NCBI GenBank assembly: GCA_002269645.1
Contig: NIVC01003508.1
Span: 1-51,914, forward strand
DNA length: 51,914 nucleotides
Source: Macrostomum lignano
Taxonomy: Eukaryota
Direction: 5' to 3'
A model generated the notes under the pieces. The model saw only the letters and a program-made list of their open reading frames with translations. It did not search any database and was not told the DNA's origin. This document shows, piece after piece, positions 12,613 to 27,100 of this stretch. The first letter of the stretch is position 1; each line of letters begins with the position of its first letter. Both the position numbers and the translations under genes were made by a program.

Positions 12613-13447
12613 CACCCGTCTTTTTGCCAGCAGAGAATTCCCTCTGACATCGTCTTTTTTGCCAGCATAGAATTCCCCCCCTGACACCCCGTCTTTTTGC
12701 CAGCATAGAATCCCCCCCTGACACCCCGTCTTTTTGCCAGCATAGAATTCCCCCTGACACCGTCTTTTTGCCAGCATAGAATTCCCCCCCCCTGACACCC
12801 CGTCTTTTTGCAAGCATAGAATTCCCCCTGACACCGTCTTTTTGCCAGCATAGAATTCCCCCCTGACACCCCGTCTTTTTGCCAGCATAGAATCTCCCCC
12901 TGACACCCCGTCTTTTTGCCAGCATAGAATTTCCCCTGACACCGTCTTTTTGCCAGCATAGAATTCCCCCCCCTGACACCCCGTCTTTTTGCCAGCATAG
13001 AATTCCCCCTGACACCGTCTTTTTGCCAGCATAGAATTCCCCCCCCCTGACACCCCGTCTTTTTGCAAGCATAGAATTCCCCCTGACACCGTCTTTTTGC
13101 CAGCATAGAATTCCCCCCTGACACCCCGTCTTTTTGCCAGCATAGAATCTCCCCCTGACACCCCGTCTTTTTGCCAGCATAGAATTTCCCCTGACACCGT
13201 CTTTTTGCCAGCATAGAATTCCCCCCCCTGACACCCCGTCTTTTTGCCAGCATAGAATTCCCCCTGACACCGTCTTTTTGCCAGCATAGAATTCCCCCCC
13301 CTGACACCCCGTCTTTTTGCCAGCATAGAATTCCCCCCTGACACCCCGTCTTTTGCCAGCAGAAAATTCCCCCCTGACACCGTCTTGTTTCCAGCAGAAA
13401 ATTCCCCCTGACACCCCGTCTTTTTTGCCAGCAGAAAATTCCCCCTG
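12613..13447. repeat. ~36-bp minisatellite GACACC(CC)GTCTTTTTGCCAGCATAGAATTCCCCCT with variable C-tracts
   Basis: Direct periodicity. The minus-strand ORFs at 12547-13694 are translations of this repeat. Confidence 0.96.
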
Positions 13448-14443
13448 GCAACGCCCCGGTCCTTTTGTCAAGAGAATATTCCCCATGGGCCATGGCAATA
13501 CCCCAGTCTTTACTGTAGCACAGGATTCCCCCTGACACATCTGTATGGCATTGATAGGATTCCCTATTTGGCAATAGCCCGTGTTTATGTCCAGGGGGAA
13601 GATTCCCTCTGATAATTCTCCTCCTGTTTCTATTCCCACCAGGCAATTCTGCCTGACACTTGCAATACCGTGGCGGACCTTCAGCCAAAAGCATAATTTT
13701 ATATTTTTAACTAGGCCTAGTTGAAAGTAGGCAGAGAATTATCGTCACGGGGTTCGACTCCTCTCAGTGGTTCAACTGTGAATTAATCTTCTTATTAGGC
13801 AGAGCAAAGCGAAGCGCCTTTCCAAGTAAGCATAGACCCGGCTGCTCATTAAGATTTCTGTCTAGATTAAGCCAAAGCTTCGCTATAAAAACTTGACGCC
13901 ATGCCATGCTAATCCCTGTTCCGATGGCATTAAAAGACCGCCTGAGAGGCAGGCTCTCATACGAGCGTATTATAACTAAGTTCTAAATTCCCCTGTGGCG
14001 CATTAGCGATAAGCCTGCTGTGTCGGGCCGGCCCCAGTAGCCAAAAATCCTCGCTCGAATTTCGCGTTTCCTGCTGGCTGTTTTTCTTAAATAATAAACT
14101 GCCAGTTATGAAATGAATTCTGCTATGGCTGGGCGGGGGATCTGCGCGATCGTAATTGCTCATCCCGCTTCAGCCGGGTGACGGGCGGAGGGTGGGGAGG
14201 AGACGGCAGAGTTTAATTTAAGATCGCTTTTTGAGGAATTTTATTTTTTATGCGTGATTGGAGACCGGTCTTGAGTCTGGAGAGGGCGGCCGAGGCCAAT
14301 TAGGTAAATAAGGAAGGCTTTTTGTTGTGTCCCGCTGTGCATCCGGCCTCTTCTGAAGTGCTTCAGAAGCATGGCAGCTTCTCGAATCTGGTTTAGGCGC
14401 GGCTTATTAAAAGATTATTGTATTCTGCATGTATTCAGTCATT

Positions 14444-17400
14444 GAATGGATTGCTAATCTAGCCTATCATGGATGCAGGAATAGAATGGATTGCTAATCT
14501 AGCCTACATGGATGCAGGAATAGAATGGATTGCTAATCTAGCCTACATGGATGCAGGAATAGAATGGATTGCTAATCTAGCCTATCATGGATGCAGGAAT
14601 AGAATGGATTGCTAATCTAGCCTATCATGGGTGCAGGAATATAATGGATTGCTAATCTAGCCTATCATGGGTGCAGGAATAGAATGGATTGCTAATCTAG
14701 CCCATCATGGATGCAGGAATAGAATGGATTGCTAATCTAGCCTATCATGGGTGCAGGAATAGAATGGATTGCTAATCTAGCCTATCATGGTTGCAGGAAT
14801 AGAATGGATTGCTAATCTAGCCCATCATGGGTGCTGGAATAGAATGGATTGCTAATCTAGCCTATCATGGTTGCAGGAATAGAATGGATTGCTAATCTAG
14901 CCTATCATGGGTGCAGGAATAGAATGGATTGCTAATCTAGCCTATCATGGTGCAGGAATAGAATGGATTGCTAATCTAGCCTATCATGGGTGCAGGAATA
15001 GAATGGATTGCTAATCTAGCCTATCATGGGTGCAGGAATAGAATGGATTGCTAATCTAGCCTATCATGGGTGCAGGAATAGAATGGATTGCTAATCTAGC
15101 CTATCATGGGTGCAGGAATAGAATGGATTGCTAATCTAGCCTATCATGGATGCAGGAATAGAATGGATTGCTAATCTAGCCTATCATGGATGCAGGAATA
15201 GAATGGATTGCTAATCTAGCCTATCATGGATGCAGGAATAGAATGGATTGCTAATCTAGCCTATCATGGATGCAGGAATAGAATGGATTGCTAATCTAGC
15301 CTATCATGGATGCAGGAATAGAATGGATTGCTAATCTAGCCTATCATGGATGCAGGAATAGAATGGATTGCTAATCTAGCCTATCATGGATGCAGGAATA
15401 GAATGGATTGCTAATCTAGCCTATCATGGATGCAGGAATAGAATGGATTGCTAATCTAGCCTATCATGGATGCAGGAATAGAATGGATTGCTAATCTAGC
15501 CTATCATGGATGCAGGAATAGAATGGATTGCTAATCTAGCCTATCATGGATGCAGGAATAGAATGGATTGCTAATCTAGCCTATCATGGATGCAGGAATA
15601 GAATGGATTGCTAATCTAGCCTATCATGGATGCAGGAATAGAATGGATTGCTAATCTAGCCTATCATGGATGCAGGAATAGAATGGATTGCTAATCTAGC
15701 CTATCATGGGTGCAGGAATAGAATGGATTGCTAATCTAGCCTATCATGGATGCAGGAATAGAATGGATTGCTAATCTAGCCTATCATGGATGCAGGAATA
15801 GAATGGATTGCTAATCTAGCCTATCATGGATGCAGGAATAGAATGGATTGCTAATCTAGCCTATCATGGGTGCAGGAATAGAATGGATTGCTAATCTAGC
15901 CTATCATGGATGCAGGAATAGAATGGATTGCTAATCTAGCCTATCATGGATGCAGGAATAGAATGGATTGCTAATCTAGCCTATCATGGTGCAGGAATAG
16001 AATGGATTGCTAATCTAGCCTATCATGGATGCAGGAATAGAATGGATTGCTAATCTAGCCTATCATGGGTGCAGGAATAGAATGGATTGCTAATCTAGCC
16101 TATCATGGGTGCAGGAATAGAATGGATTGCTAATCTAGCCCATCATGGATGCAGGAATAGAATGGATTGCTAATCTAGCCTATCATGGATGCAGGAATAG
16201 AATGGATTGCTAATCTAGCCTATCATGGTGCAGGAATAGAATGGATTGCTAATCTAGCCTATCATGGATGCAGGAATAGAATGGATTGCTAATCTAGCCT
16301 ATCATGGATGCAGGAATAGAATGGATTGCTAATCTAGCCTATCATGGATGCAGGAATAGAATGGATTGCTAATCTAGCCTATCATGGGTGCAGGAATAGA
16401 ATGGATTGCTAATCTAGCCTATCATGGTGCAGGAATAGAATGGATTGCTAATCTAGCCTATCATGGATGCAGGAATAGAATGGATTGCTAATCTAGCCTA
16501 TCATGGGCAGGAATAGAATGGATTGCTAATCTAGCCTATCATGGATGCAGGAATAGAATGGATTGCTAATCTAGCCTATCATGGATGCAGGAATAGAATG
16601 GATTGCTAATCTAGCCTATCATGGATGCAGGAATAGAATGGATTGCTAATCTAGCCTATCATGGATGCAGGAATAGAATGGATTGCTAATCTAGCCTATC
16701 ATGGATGCAGGAATAGAATGGATTGCTAATCTAGCCTATCATGGATGCAGGAATAGAATGGATTGCTAATCTAGCCTATCATGGATGCAGGAATAGAATG
16801 GATTGCTAATCTAGCCTATCATGGATGCAGGAATAGAATGGATTGCTAATCTAGCCTATCATGATGCAGGAATAGAATGGATTGCTAATCTAGCCTATCA
16901 TGGATGCAGGAATAGAATGGATTGCTAATCTAGCCTATCATGGATGCAGGAATAGAATGGATTGCTAATCTAGCCTATCATGGATGCAGGAATAGAATGG
17001 ATTGCTAATCTAGCCTATCATGGATGCAGGAATAGAATGGATTGCTAATCTAGCCTATCATGGATGCAGGAATAGAATGGATTGCTAATCTAGCCTATCA
17101 TGGATGCAGGAATAGAATGGATTGCTAATCTAGCCTATCATGGATGCAGGAATAGAATGGATTGCTAATCTAGCCTATCATGGATGCAGGAATAGAATGG
17201 ATTGCTAATCTAGCCTATCATGGATGCAGGAATAGAATGGATTGCTAATCTAGCCTATCATGGGTGCAGGAATAGAATGGATTGCTAATCTAGCCTATCA
17301 TGGGTGCAGGAATAGAATGGATTGCTAATCTAGCCTATCATGGGTGCAGGAATAGAATGGATTGCTAATCTAGCCTATCATGGGTGCAGGAATAGAATGG

Positions 17401-20400
17401 ATTGCTAATCTAGCCTATCATGGTGCAGGAATAGAATGGATTGCTAATCTAGCCTATCATGGGTGCAGGAATAGAATGGATTGCTAATCTAGCCTATCAT
17501 GGATGCAGGAATAGAATGGATTGCTAATCTAGCCTATCATGGATGCAGGAATAGAATGGATTGCTAATCTAGCCTATCATGGATGCAGGAATAGAATGGA
17601 TTGCTAATCTAGCCTATCATGGATGCAGGAATAGAATGGATTGCTAATCTAGCCTATCATGGATGCAGGAATAGAATGGATTGCTAATCTAGCCTATCAT
17701 GGATGCAGGAATAGAATGGATTGCTAATCTAGCCTATCATGGATGCAGGAATAGAATGGATTGCTAATCTAGCCTATCATGGATGCAGGAATAGAATGGA
17801 TTGCTAATCTAGCCTATCATGGATGCAGGAATAGAATGGATTGCTAATCTAGCCTATCATGGTGCAGGAATAGAATGGATTGCTAATCTAGCCTATCATG
17901 GTGCAGGAATAGAATGGATTGCTAATCTAGCCTATCATGGGTGCAGGAATAGAATGGATTGCTAATCTAGCCTATCATGGGTGCAGGAATAGAATGGATT
18001 GCTAATCTAGCCTATCATGGATGCAGGAATAGAATGGATTGCTAATCTAGCCTATCATGGGCAGGAATAGAATGGATTGCTAATCTAGCCTATCATGGAT
18101 GCAGGAATAGAATGGATTGCTAATCTAGCCTATCATGGATGCAGGAATAGAATGGATTGCTAATCTAGCCTATCATGGATGCAGGAATAGAATGGATTGC
18201 TAATCTAGCCTATCATGGTGCAGGAATAGAATGGATTGCTAATCTAGCCTATCATGGATGCAGGAATAGAATGGATTGCTAATCTAGCCTATCATGGATG
18301 CAGGAATAGAATGGATTGCTAATCTAGCCTATCATGGATGCAGGAATAGAATGGATTGCTAATCTAGCCTATCATGGATGCAGGAATAGAATGGATTGCT
18401 AATCTAGCCTATCATGGGTGCAGGAATAGAATGGATTGCTAATCTAGCCTATCATGGGTGCAGGAATAGAATGGATTGCTAATCTAGCCTATCATGGGTG
18501 CAGGAATAGAATGGATTGCTAATCTAGCCTATCATGGGTGCAGGAATAGAATGGATTGCTAATCTAGCCTATCATGGGTGCAGGAATAGAATGGATTGCT
18601 AATCTAGCCTATCATGGATGCAGGAATAGAATGGATTGCTAATCTAGCCTATCATGGATGCAGGAATAGAATGGATTGCTAATCTAGCCTATCATGGTGC
18701 AGGAATAGAATGGATTGCTAATCTAGCCTATCATGGATGCAGGAATAGAATGGATTGCTAATCTAGCCTATCATGGATGCAGGAATAGAATGGATTGCTA
18801 ATCTAGCCTATCATGGATGCAGGAATAGAATGGATTGCTAATCTAGCCTATCATGGTGCAGGAATAGAATGGATTGCTAATCTAGCCTATCATGGTGCAG
18901 GAATAGAATGGATTGCTAATCTAGCCTATCATGGATGCAGGAATAGAATGGATTGCTAATCTAGCCTATCATGGTGCAGGAATAGAATGGATTGCTAATC
19001 TAGCCTATCATGGATGCAGGAATAGAATGGATTGCTAATCTAGCCTATCATGGATGCAGGAATAGAATGGATTGCTAATCTAGCCTATCATGGTGCAGGA
19101 ATAGAATGGATTGCTAATCTAGCCTATCATGGATGCAGGAATAGAATGGATTGCTAATCTAGCCTATCATGGATGCAGGAATAGAATGGATTGCTAATCT
19201 AGCCTATCATGGTGCAGGAATAGAATGGATTGCTAATCTAGCCTATCATGGATGCAGGAATAGAATGGATTGCTAATCTAGCCTATCATGGATGCAGGAA
19301 TAGAATGGATTGCTAATCTAGCCTATCATGGATGCAGGAATAGAATGGATTGCTAATCTAGCCTATCATGGTGCAGGAATAGAATGGATTGCTAATCTAG
19401 CCTATCATGGGTGCAGGAATAGAATGGATTGCTAATCTAGCCTATCATGGGTGCAGGAATAGAATGGATTGCTAATCTAGCCTATCATGGGTGCAGGAAT
19501 AGAATGGATTGCTAATCTAGCCTATCATGGATGCAGGAATAGAATGGATTGCTAATCTAGCCTATCATGGGTGCAGGAATAGAATGGATTGCTAATCTAG
19601 CCTATCATGGATGCAGGAATAGAATGGATTGCTAATCTAGCCTATCATGGATGCAGGAATAGAATGGATTGCTAATCTAGCCTATCATGGATGCAGGAAT
19701 AGAATGGATTGCTAATCTAGCCTATCATGGATGCAGGAATAGAATGGATTGCTAATCTAGCCTATCATGGGCAGGAATAGAATGGATTGCTAATCTAGCC
19801 TATCATGGATGCAGGAATAGAATGGATTGCTAATCTAGCCTATCATGGATGCAGGAATAGAATGGATTGCTAATCTAGCCTATCATGGATGCAGGAATAG
19901 AATGGATTGCTAATCTAGCCTATCATGGGTGCAGGAATAGAATGGATTGCTAATCTAGCCTATCATGGGTGCAGGAATAGAATGGATTGCTAATCTAGCC
20001 TATCATGGGTGCAGGAATAGAATGGATTGCTAATCTAGCCTATCATGGATGCAGGAATAGAATGGATTGCTAATCTAGCCTATCATGGGTGCAGGAATAG
20101 AATGGATTGCTAATCTAGCCTATCATGGGTGCAGGAATAGAATGGATTGCTAATCTAGCCTATCATGGATGCAGGAATAGAATGGATTGCTAATCTAGCC
20201 TATCATGGATGCAGGAATAGAATGGATTGCTAATCTAGCCTATCATGGATGCAGGAATAGAATGGATTGCTAATCTAGCCTATCATGGGTGCAGGAATAG
20301 AATGGATTGCTAATCTAGCCTATCATGAGCAGGAATAGAATGGATTGCTAATCTAGCCTATCATGGATGCAGGAATAGAATGGATTGCTAATCTAGCCTA

Positions 20401-21737
20401 TCATGGATGCAGGAATAGAATGGATTGCTAATCTAGCCTATCATGGTGCAGGAATAGAATGGATTGCTAATCTAGCCTATCATGGTGCAGGAATAGAATG
20501 GATTGCTAATCTAGCCTATCATGGGTGCAGGAATAGAATGGATTGCTAATCTAGCCTATCATGGTGCAGGAATAGAATGGATTGCTAATCTAGCCTATCA
20601 TGGATGCAGGAATAGAATGGATTGCTAATCTAGCCTATCATGGGTGCAGGAATAGAATGGATTGCTAATCTAGCCTATCATGGTGCAGGAATAGAATGGA
20701 TTGCTAATCTAGCCTATCATGGGTGCAGGAATAGAATGGATTGCTAATCTAGCCTATCATGGATGCAGGAATAGAATGGATTGCTAATCTAGCCTATCAT
20801 GGGTGCAGGAATAGAATGGATTGCTAATCTAGCCTATCATGGGTGCAGGAATAGAATGGATTGCTAATCTAGCCTATCATGGATGCAGGAATAGAATGGA
20901 TTGCTAATCTAGCCTATCATGGATGCAGGAATAGAATGGATTGCTAATCTAGCCTATCATGGGTGCAGGAATAGAATGGATTGCTAATCTAGCCTATCAT
21001 GGTGCAGGAATAGAATGGATTGCTAATCTAGCCTATCATGGATGCAGGAATAGAATGGATTGCTAATCTAGCCTATCATGGGTGCAGGAATAGAATGGAT
21101 TGCTAATCTAGCCTATCATGGGTGCAGGAATAGAATGGATTGCTAATCTAGCCTATCATGGATGCAGGAATAGAATGGATTGCTAATCTAGCCTATCATG
21201 GATGCAGGAATAGAATGGATTGCTAATCTAGCCTATCGTGGGTCCAGGATTAGAATGGATTGCTAATCTAGCCTATCGTGAGTGCAGGAATAGAATGGAT
21301 TGCTAATCTAGCCTATCGTGAGTGCAGGAATAGAATGGATTGCTAATCTAGCCTATCGTGAGTGCAGGAATAGAATGGATTGCTAATCTAGCCTATCGTG
21401 AGTGCAGGAATAGAATGGATTGCTAATCTAGCCTATCGTGAGTGCAGGAATAGAATGGATTGCTAATCTAGCCTATCGTGAGTGCAGGAATAGAATGGAT
21501 TGCTAATCTAGCCTATCATGGGTGCAGGAATAGAATGGATTGCTAATCTAGCCTATCATGGGTGCAGGAATAGAATGGATTGCTAATCTAGCCTATCATG
21601 GATGCAGGAATAGAATGGATTGCTAATCTAGCCTATCGTGAGTGCAGGAATAGAATGGATTGCTAATCTAGCCTATCATGGGTGCAGGATTAGAATGGAT
21701 TGCTAATCTAGCCTATCGTGAGTGCAGGAATAGAATG
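14444..21737. repeat. 40-bp satellite ATAGAATGGATTGCTAATCTAGCCTATCATGG(A/G)TGCAGGA, ~180 copies, 7.3 kb
   Basis: Near-perfect 40-bp periodicity; the supplied track lists no ORF here. Confidence 0.99.
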
Positions 21738-22722
21738 CAAATCTCACTCTTATATAATCGCATTTAACTCAACCGCTTTTTGCATTTGGTGTCGTCAAAG
21801 TAATCTAACTTCTATTTGAAGCCAGTGGAATTTGTAGTGGATTCAACTCTTAAATTTGATAGCAGTTTTGGGTTACAGCGAGCATTGAAGTACTCTTAAG
21901 TGCACTTGTATAGAAGACATTCTCATCCTATTTTTCCTTCATTCAGTGGGCATCACTTCAGTGTCGGGTGGCTTTACTGCAGTTTAGATGGGGTCTGCCT
22001 CTGACACCGCATTTTTATTGCCATAAAATGAAAGCTCTGATGGCCAAATATTGAAATGGGAAACACTGGCTTCTTCTTTCCGGCAATGCCTAATGCGGTC
22101 TGGCCGCATCCAGTCGGCCTTTCATTCGCCAGTTCAACTTCCTTTGTCAGGCCTGTGTAGGGGTTGAATGCAGATTTTCTCTGCCTGCTATGCCGCTCGT
22201 ATTTCTGCACTAGAGCTGTTCCCCATTGTGCGCCATTGGGATTTTTGCGATTTCTAATGGGATATCAATCGAATCTGGATGCCCTACTATTTCTCCGCTT
22301 GTCTGCTCCCGGCCAGGTGCACTTTGGCCAGATTTTTCTTGTTTCTTGTGTAATTTTGCCTGACGGACAGGTCTGGGGGTTGGAGGTAGTTAGATCTGCT
22401 GTTTGCATCTGCTTGGATTCCCGGGGCTCGCCTTGTTATTAGCGCTCGCACTTGCAGCTGCGGGCTCTTCAGGGTGGGGCGTGTAGCTTTTGCTGCTGCT
22501 TTAATTGTTTGCATCTTCTGTGATCTTGCTAGTTGAGAGGCCGGCTGGCTTTCTTTTTGTAATTCCAAATGCAGTTAAAGCTTAGCTATATTCGCTACTT
22601 GGAGCCCCTGTTCCCAGCGAACGGCTCCTCGCCTGGAATCCCATTGCCAGTGTCTCGTTCCTTAAATCCCGATTGTTAGCTTGTTCACTCGAGTTCTTCA
22701 GTCCAATTAAGTAACAGCTCGT

Positions 22723-23658
22723 GGCTTTGACTCTTCTTGTCAGGATGTCCGCTCCAGGCTTTGACTCTTCTTGTCAGGATGTCCGCTCCAGGCTTTGACT
22801 CTTCTTGTCAGGATGTCCGCTCCAGGCTTTGACTCTTCTTGTCAGGATGTCCGCTCCAGGCTTTGACTCTTCTTGTCAGGATGTCCGCTCAGGCTTTGAC
22901 TCTTCTTGTCAGGATGTCCGCTCCAGGCTTTGACTCTTCTTGTCAGGATGTCCGCTCCAGGCTTTGACTCTTCTTGTCAGGATGTCCGCTCCAGGCTTTG
23001 ACTCTTCTTGTCAGGATGTCCGCTTCAGGCTTTGACTCTTCTTGTAGGATGTCCGCTCAGGCTTTGATTCTTCTTGTAGGATGTCCGCTCCAGGCTTTGA
23101 CTCTTCTTGTCAGGATGTCCGCTCCAGGCTTTGACTCTCTTGTCAGGATGTCCGCTTCAGGCTTTGACTCTTCTTGTAGGATGTCCGCTTCAGGCTTTGA
23201 CTCTTCTTGTAGGATGTCCGCTCCAGGCTTTGACTCTTCTTGTCAGGATGTCCGCTCCAGGCTTTGACTCTTCTTGTCAGGATGTCCGCTCCAGGCTTTG
23301 ACTCTTCTTGTCAGGATGTCCGCTTCAGGCTTTGACTCTTCTTGTAGGATGTCCGCTTCAGGCTTTGAGTAGGATGTCCGCTCCAGGCTTTGACTCTTCT
23401 TGTCAGGATGTCCGCTCCAGGCTTTGACTCCTCTTGTCAGGATGTCCGCTTCAGGCTTTGACTCTTCTTGTAGGATGTCCGCTTCAGGCTTTGACTCTTC
23501 TTGTAGGATGTCCGCTCCAGGCTTTGACTCTTCTTGTCAGGATGTCCGCTCCAGGCTTTGACTCTTCTTGTCAGGATGTCCGCTCCAGGCTTTGACTCCT
23601 ATTTTCAGGATGTCCGCTCCAGGCTTTGACTCCTATTGTCAGGATGTCCGCTCTTGAC
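22723..23658. repeat. 34-bp minisatellite TCAGGATGTCCGCTCCAGGCTTTGACTCTTCTTG, ~27 copies
   Basis: CAGGAT recurs at 22741 and 22775. Confidence 0.97.
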
Positions 23659-23781
23659 TTATTCTTAAGTACCCTGAGTACATTGATTACCAGGGTGTCT
23701 TGACTAGCTCCAATCCTGGATGGCTGCTTCGTTAAATCCCAATTGTCCAAATATACTCGGATCCCGATAATCAGGTTGTGT

Positions 23782-24050
23782 TCAGATCCCAATTACCGGG
23801 ATGTACTCAGATCCCAATTACCGGGATGTACTCAGATCCCAATTACCAAGACGTACTCAAATCCCAATTACCGGGATGCACTCAGATCCCAATTACCAAG
23901 ACGTACTCAAATCCCAATTACCGGGATGTACTCAGATCCCAATTACCGGGATGCACTCAGATCGCAATTACCGGGATGTACTCAGATCCCAATTACCGGG
24001 ATGCACTCAGGTCGCAATTATCATAATTTACTCAAATCCCAATTATCAAG
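23782..24050. repeat. 25-bp minisatellite CTCAGATCCCAATTACCGGGATGTA, ~10 copies, immediately upstream of the DNAJC22 start
   Basis: Direct periodicity; each unit contains ATCCC-N7-GGGAT. Confidence 0.93.
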
Positions 24051-24110
24051 ATGCCCACTTCCACCAAACTTGCAGCAGGCAGTTGCCCAAAGCAGAGAAG
24101 CCAATCAGCC

Positions 24111-27100
24111 ATGGCGTCCCGCACAATTGCCTACATTCTGCTGTTCACCCTCGGCCTGCTCGGCGCGCACCAGTTTTATCTCGGCCGCAGTCTGCACGGC
24201 TTCGTGATGCTGTGCAGCCTTGGCGGCTTCTTCGCCGGCTGGCTGCACGACCTGTTCAACCTGGAGCGCTACATCCGGGAGTCTGAGGACCAGTTTCTGA
24301 CCGAGGAGTACCAGGCCGACCTGAGCAGGTTCACCTCGGTGCAGCAGATCCTGCAGTCAGCGCCTGCGCCCGGCCAACCGGAGACGCAGGACCGCGGCCG
24401 GCTGCGCGACGACTACGAAGCCTTGAAGCGGCGCCTGGCCGGGTCCATATTTTTCCGGGACAAGCTGCGAGACAAGGCGCCCAGGTGCAGCTGGTCCAGG
24501 TATTTCGGTGAGCTGCTCTGCCGCTGATGGACTTGCGCCACATGCGTCTATTGCCACTAGGATGCACATCCGCCCCTGCCGCCCCCCTACAATCCGCCCC
24601 TGCCGCCCCCTACCATCCGCCTCTCCATCCCCTACCATCCGCCCCTTCCATCCCCTACCATCCGCCCCTGCCATCCCCTACAATCCGCCCTGCCATCCCC
24701 TACCATCCGCCCCTGCCATCCCCTAGCATCTGTCCCTGCCATCCCCTACCATCCGCCCCTGCCGCCCCCTACAAATCGCCCCTGCCATCCCCTACCATCC
24801 GCCCCTGCCATCCCCTACCATCCGCCCCTGCCATCCCCTACCATCCGCCCCTGCCATCCCCTACCATCCGCCCCTGCCATCCCCTAGCATCTGCCCCTGC
24901 CATCCCCTACCATCCGCCCCTGCCATCCCCTAGCATCCGCCCCTGCCATCCCCTACCATCCGCCCCTGCCATCCCCTACCATCCGCCCCTGCCATCCCCT
25001 ACCATCCGCCCCTGCCATCCCCTAGCATCTGCCCCTGCCGCCCCCTACAATCCGCCCCTGCCATCCCCTAGCATCTGCCCCTGCCATCCCCTACCATCCG
25101 CCCCTGCCATCCCCTAGCATCCGCCCCTGCCATCCCCTAGCATCCGCCCCTGCCATCCCTTAGCATCTGCCCCTGCCATCCCCTACCATCCGCCCCTGCC
25201 ATCCCCTAGCATCCGCCCCTGCCATCCCCTAGCATCCGCCCCTGCCATCCCCTAGCATCTGCCCCTGCCATCCCCTACTTCCCCCTACCATCCGCCCATA
25301 CTTCCCCCTACCATCCGCCCCTACTGCCCCCTACCATCCGCCCCTATCACCCTTTATCGCCCCAGCCATCCTCTACCGTCCCTCTTCCTCTACATATGTA
25401 ATCTTCTACTATCCACCCACCACCTTACAAATCTGCTATCCGCTCCCTACTATTCTGTCTTTCCCAGAACCATCAGACTGTCCACTGAACTTCCCTAAAA
25501 ACCCGTAGAGGATATTCCACAGCGCAAATGGCTTATCTGCAGGTAATAAATCTATATTTTAGTGTGATGAGAATCAGAGCTTCAGGCGCTGGCCATTGCA
25601 GATCACAGTTCGCTGTGTGGCAACCCAATCCCCCTGTGCCTTCCCTGTATCCCGGTTTTCCATGCGCAGTTCGTATTTTTGTCTTTAATAGCGTTTATTC
25701 TCTCTTGTCCCGCGCCACGCAATACATTGCTTGCTTTCTGCTTTGCGAAAAACTTGCCCACTGCAGTTTTGCTGCGCTAAATTGCTTTATGGATATTCAG
25801 TATATTAACCAGTATATCGTTCAGATTATCCTTGAAGGCCAATCTCACCCCTGGGATTCACACCCTTGAAACCAGTCTCACCCCTGGGATTCACACCCTT
25901 GAAACCAGTCTCACCCCTGAGATTCATCCCCTTGAAACCAGTCTCACCCCTGAGATTCATCCCCTTGAAACCAGTCTCACCCCTGAGATTCATCCCCTTG
26001 AAACCAGTCTCACCCCTGAGATTCATCCCCTTGAAACCAGTCTCACCCCTGAGATTCATCCCCTTGAAACCAGTCTCACCCCTGAGATTCATCTCCTTGA
26101 AACCAGTCTCACCCCTGAGATTCATTACATTGAAACCAATTTCACCCCTGGGATTCACTACATTGAAACCAGTCTCACCCCTGGGATTCACTACATTGAA
26201 ACCAGTCTCACCCCTGAAATTCATTACATTGAAACCAGTCTCACCCCTGAGATTCATTACATTGAAACCAGTCTCACCCCTGGGATTCACTACATTGAAA
26301 CCAGTCTCACCCCTGGGATTCATTACATTGAAACCAGTCTCACCCCTGGGATTCACTACATTGAAACCAGTCTCACCCCTGGGATTCACTACATTGAAAC
26401 CAGTCTCACCCCTGGGATTCACTACATTGAAACCAGTCTCACCCCTGAGATTCACTACATTGAAACCAGTCTCACCCCTGAGATTCATTACATTGAAACC
26501 AGTCTCACCCCTGGGATTCACTACATTGAAACCAGTCTCACCCCTGGGATTCACTACATTGAAAACAGTCTCACCCCTGAGATTCATTACATTGAAACCA
26601 GTCTCACCCCTGGGATTCACTACATTAAAACCAGTCTCACCCCTGAGATTCACTACATTGAAACCAATTTCACCCCTGGGATTCACTACATTGAAACCAG
26701 TCTCACCCCTGAGATTCACTACATTGAAACCAATTTCACCCCTGGGATTCACTACATTGAAACCAGTCTCACCCCTGAAATTCATTACATTGAAACCAGT
26801 CTCACCCCTGGGATTCACTACATTGAAACCAGTCTCACCCCTGGGATTCACTACATTGAAACCAGTCTCACCCCTGAAATTCACTACATTGAAACCAGTC
26901 TCACCCCTGGGATTTATTACATTGAAACCAGTCTCACCCCTGGGATTTATTACATTGAAACCAGTCTCACCCCTGGGATTCACTACATTGAAACCAGTCT
27001 CACCCCTGGGATTCACTACATTAAAACCAGTCTCACCCCTGGGATTCACTACATTGAAACCAGTCTCACCCCTGAGATTCACCCTCAGAAAGCCAGTCTG

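Noticed and set aside
14444-21737. CRISPR-like array
   Set aside because: Contiguous tandem units with no unique spacers, eukaryotic context, and no cas genes. The same applies to all other arrays and to the four 24-mers at 38189-39265, which are better explained as snoRNAs.
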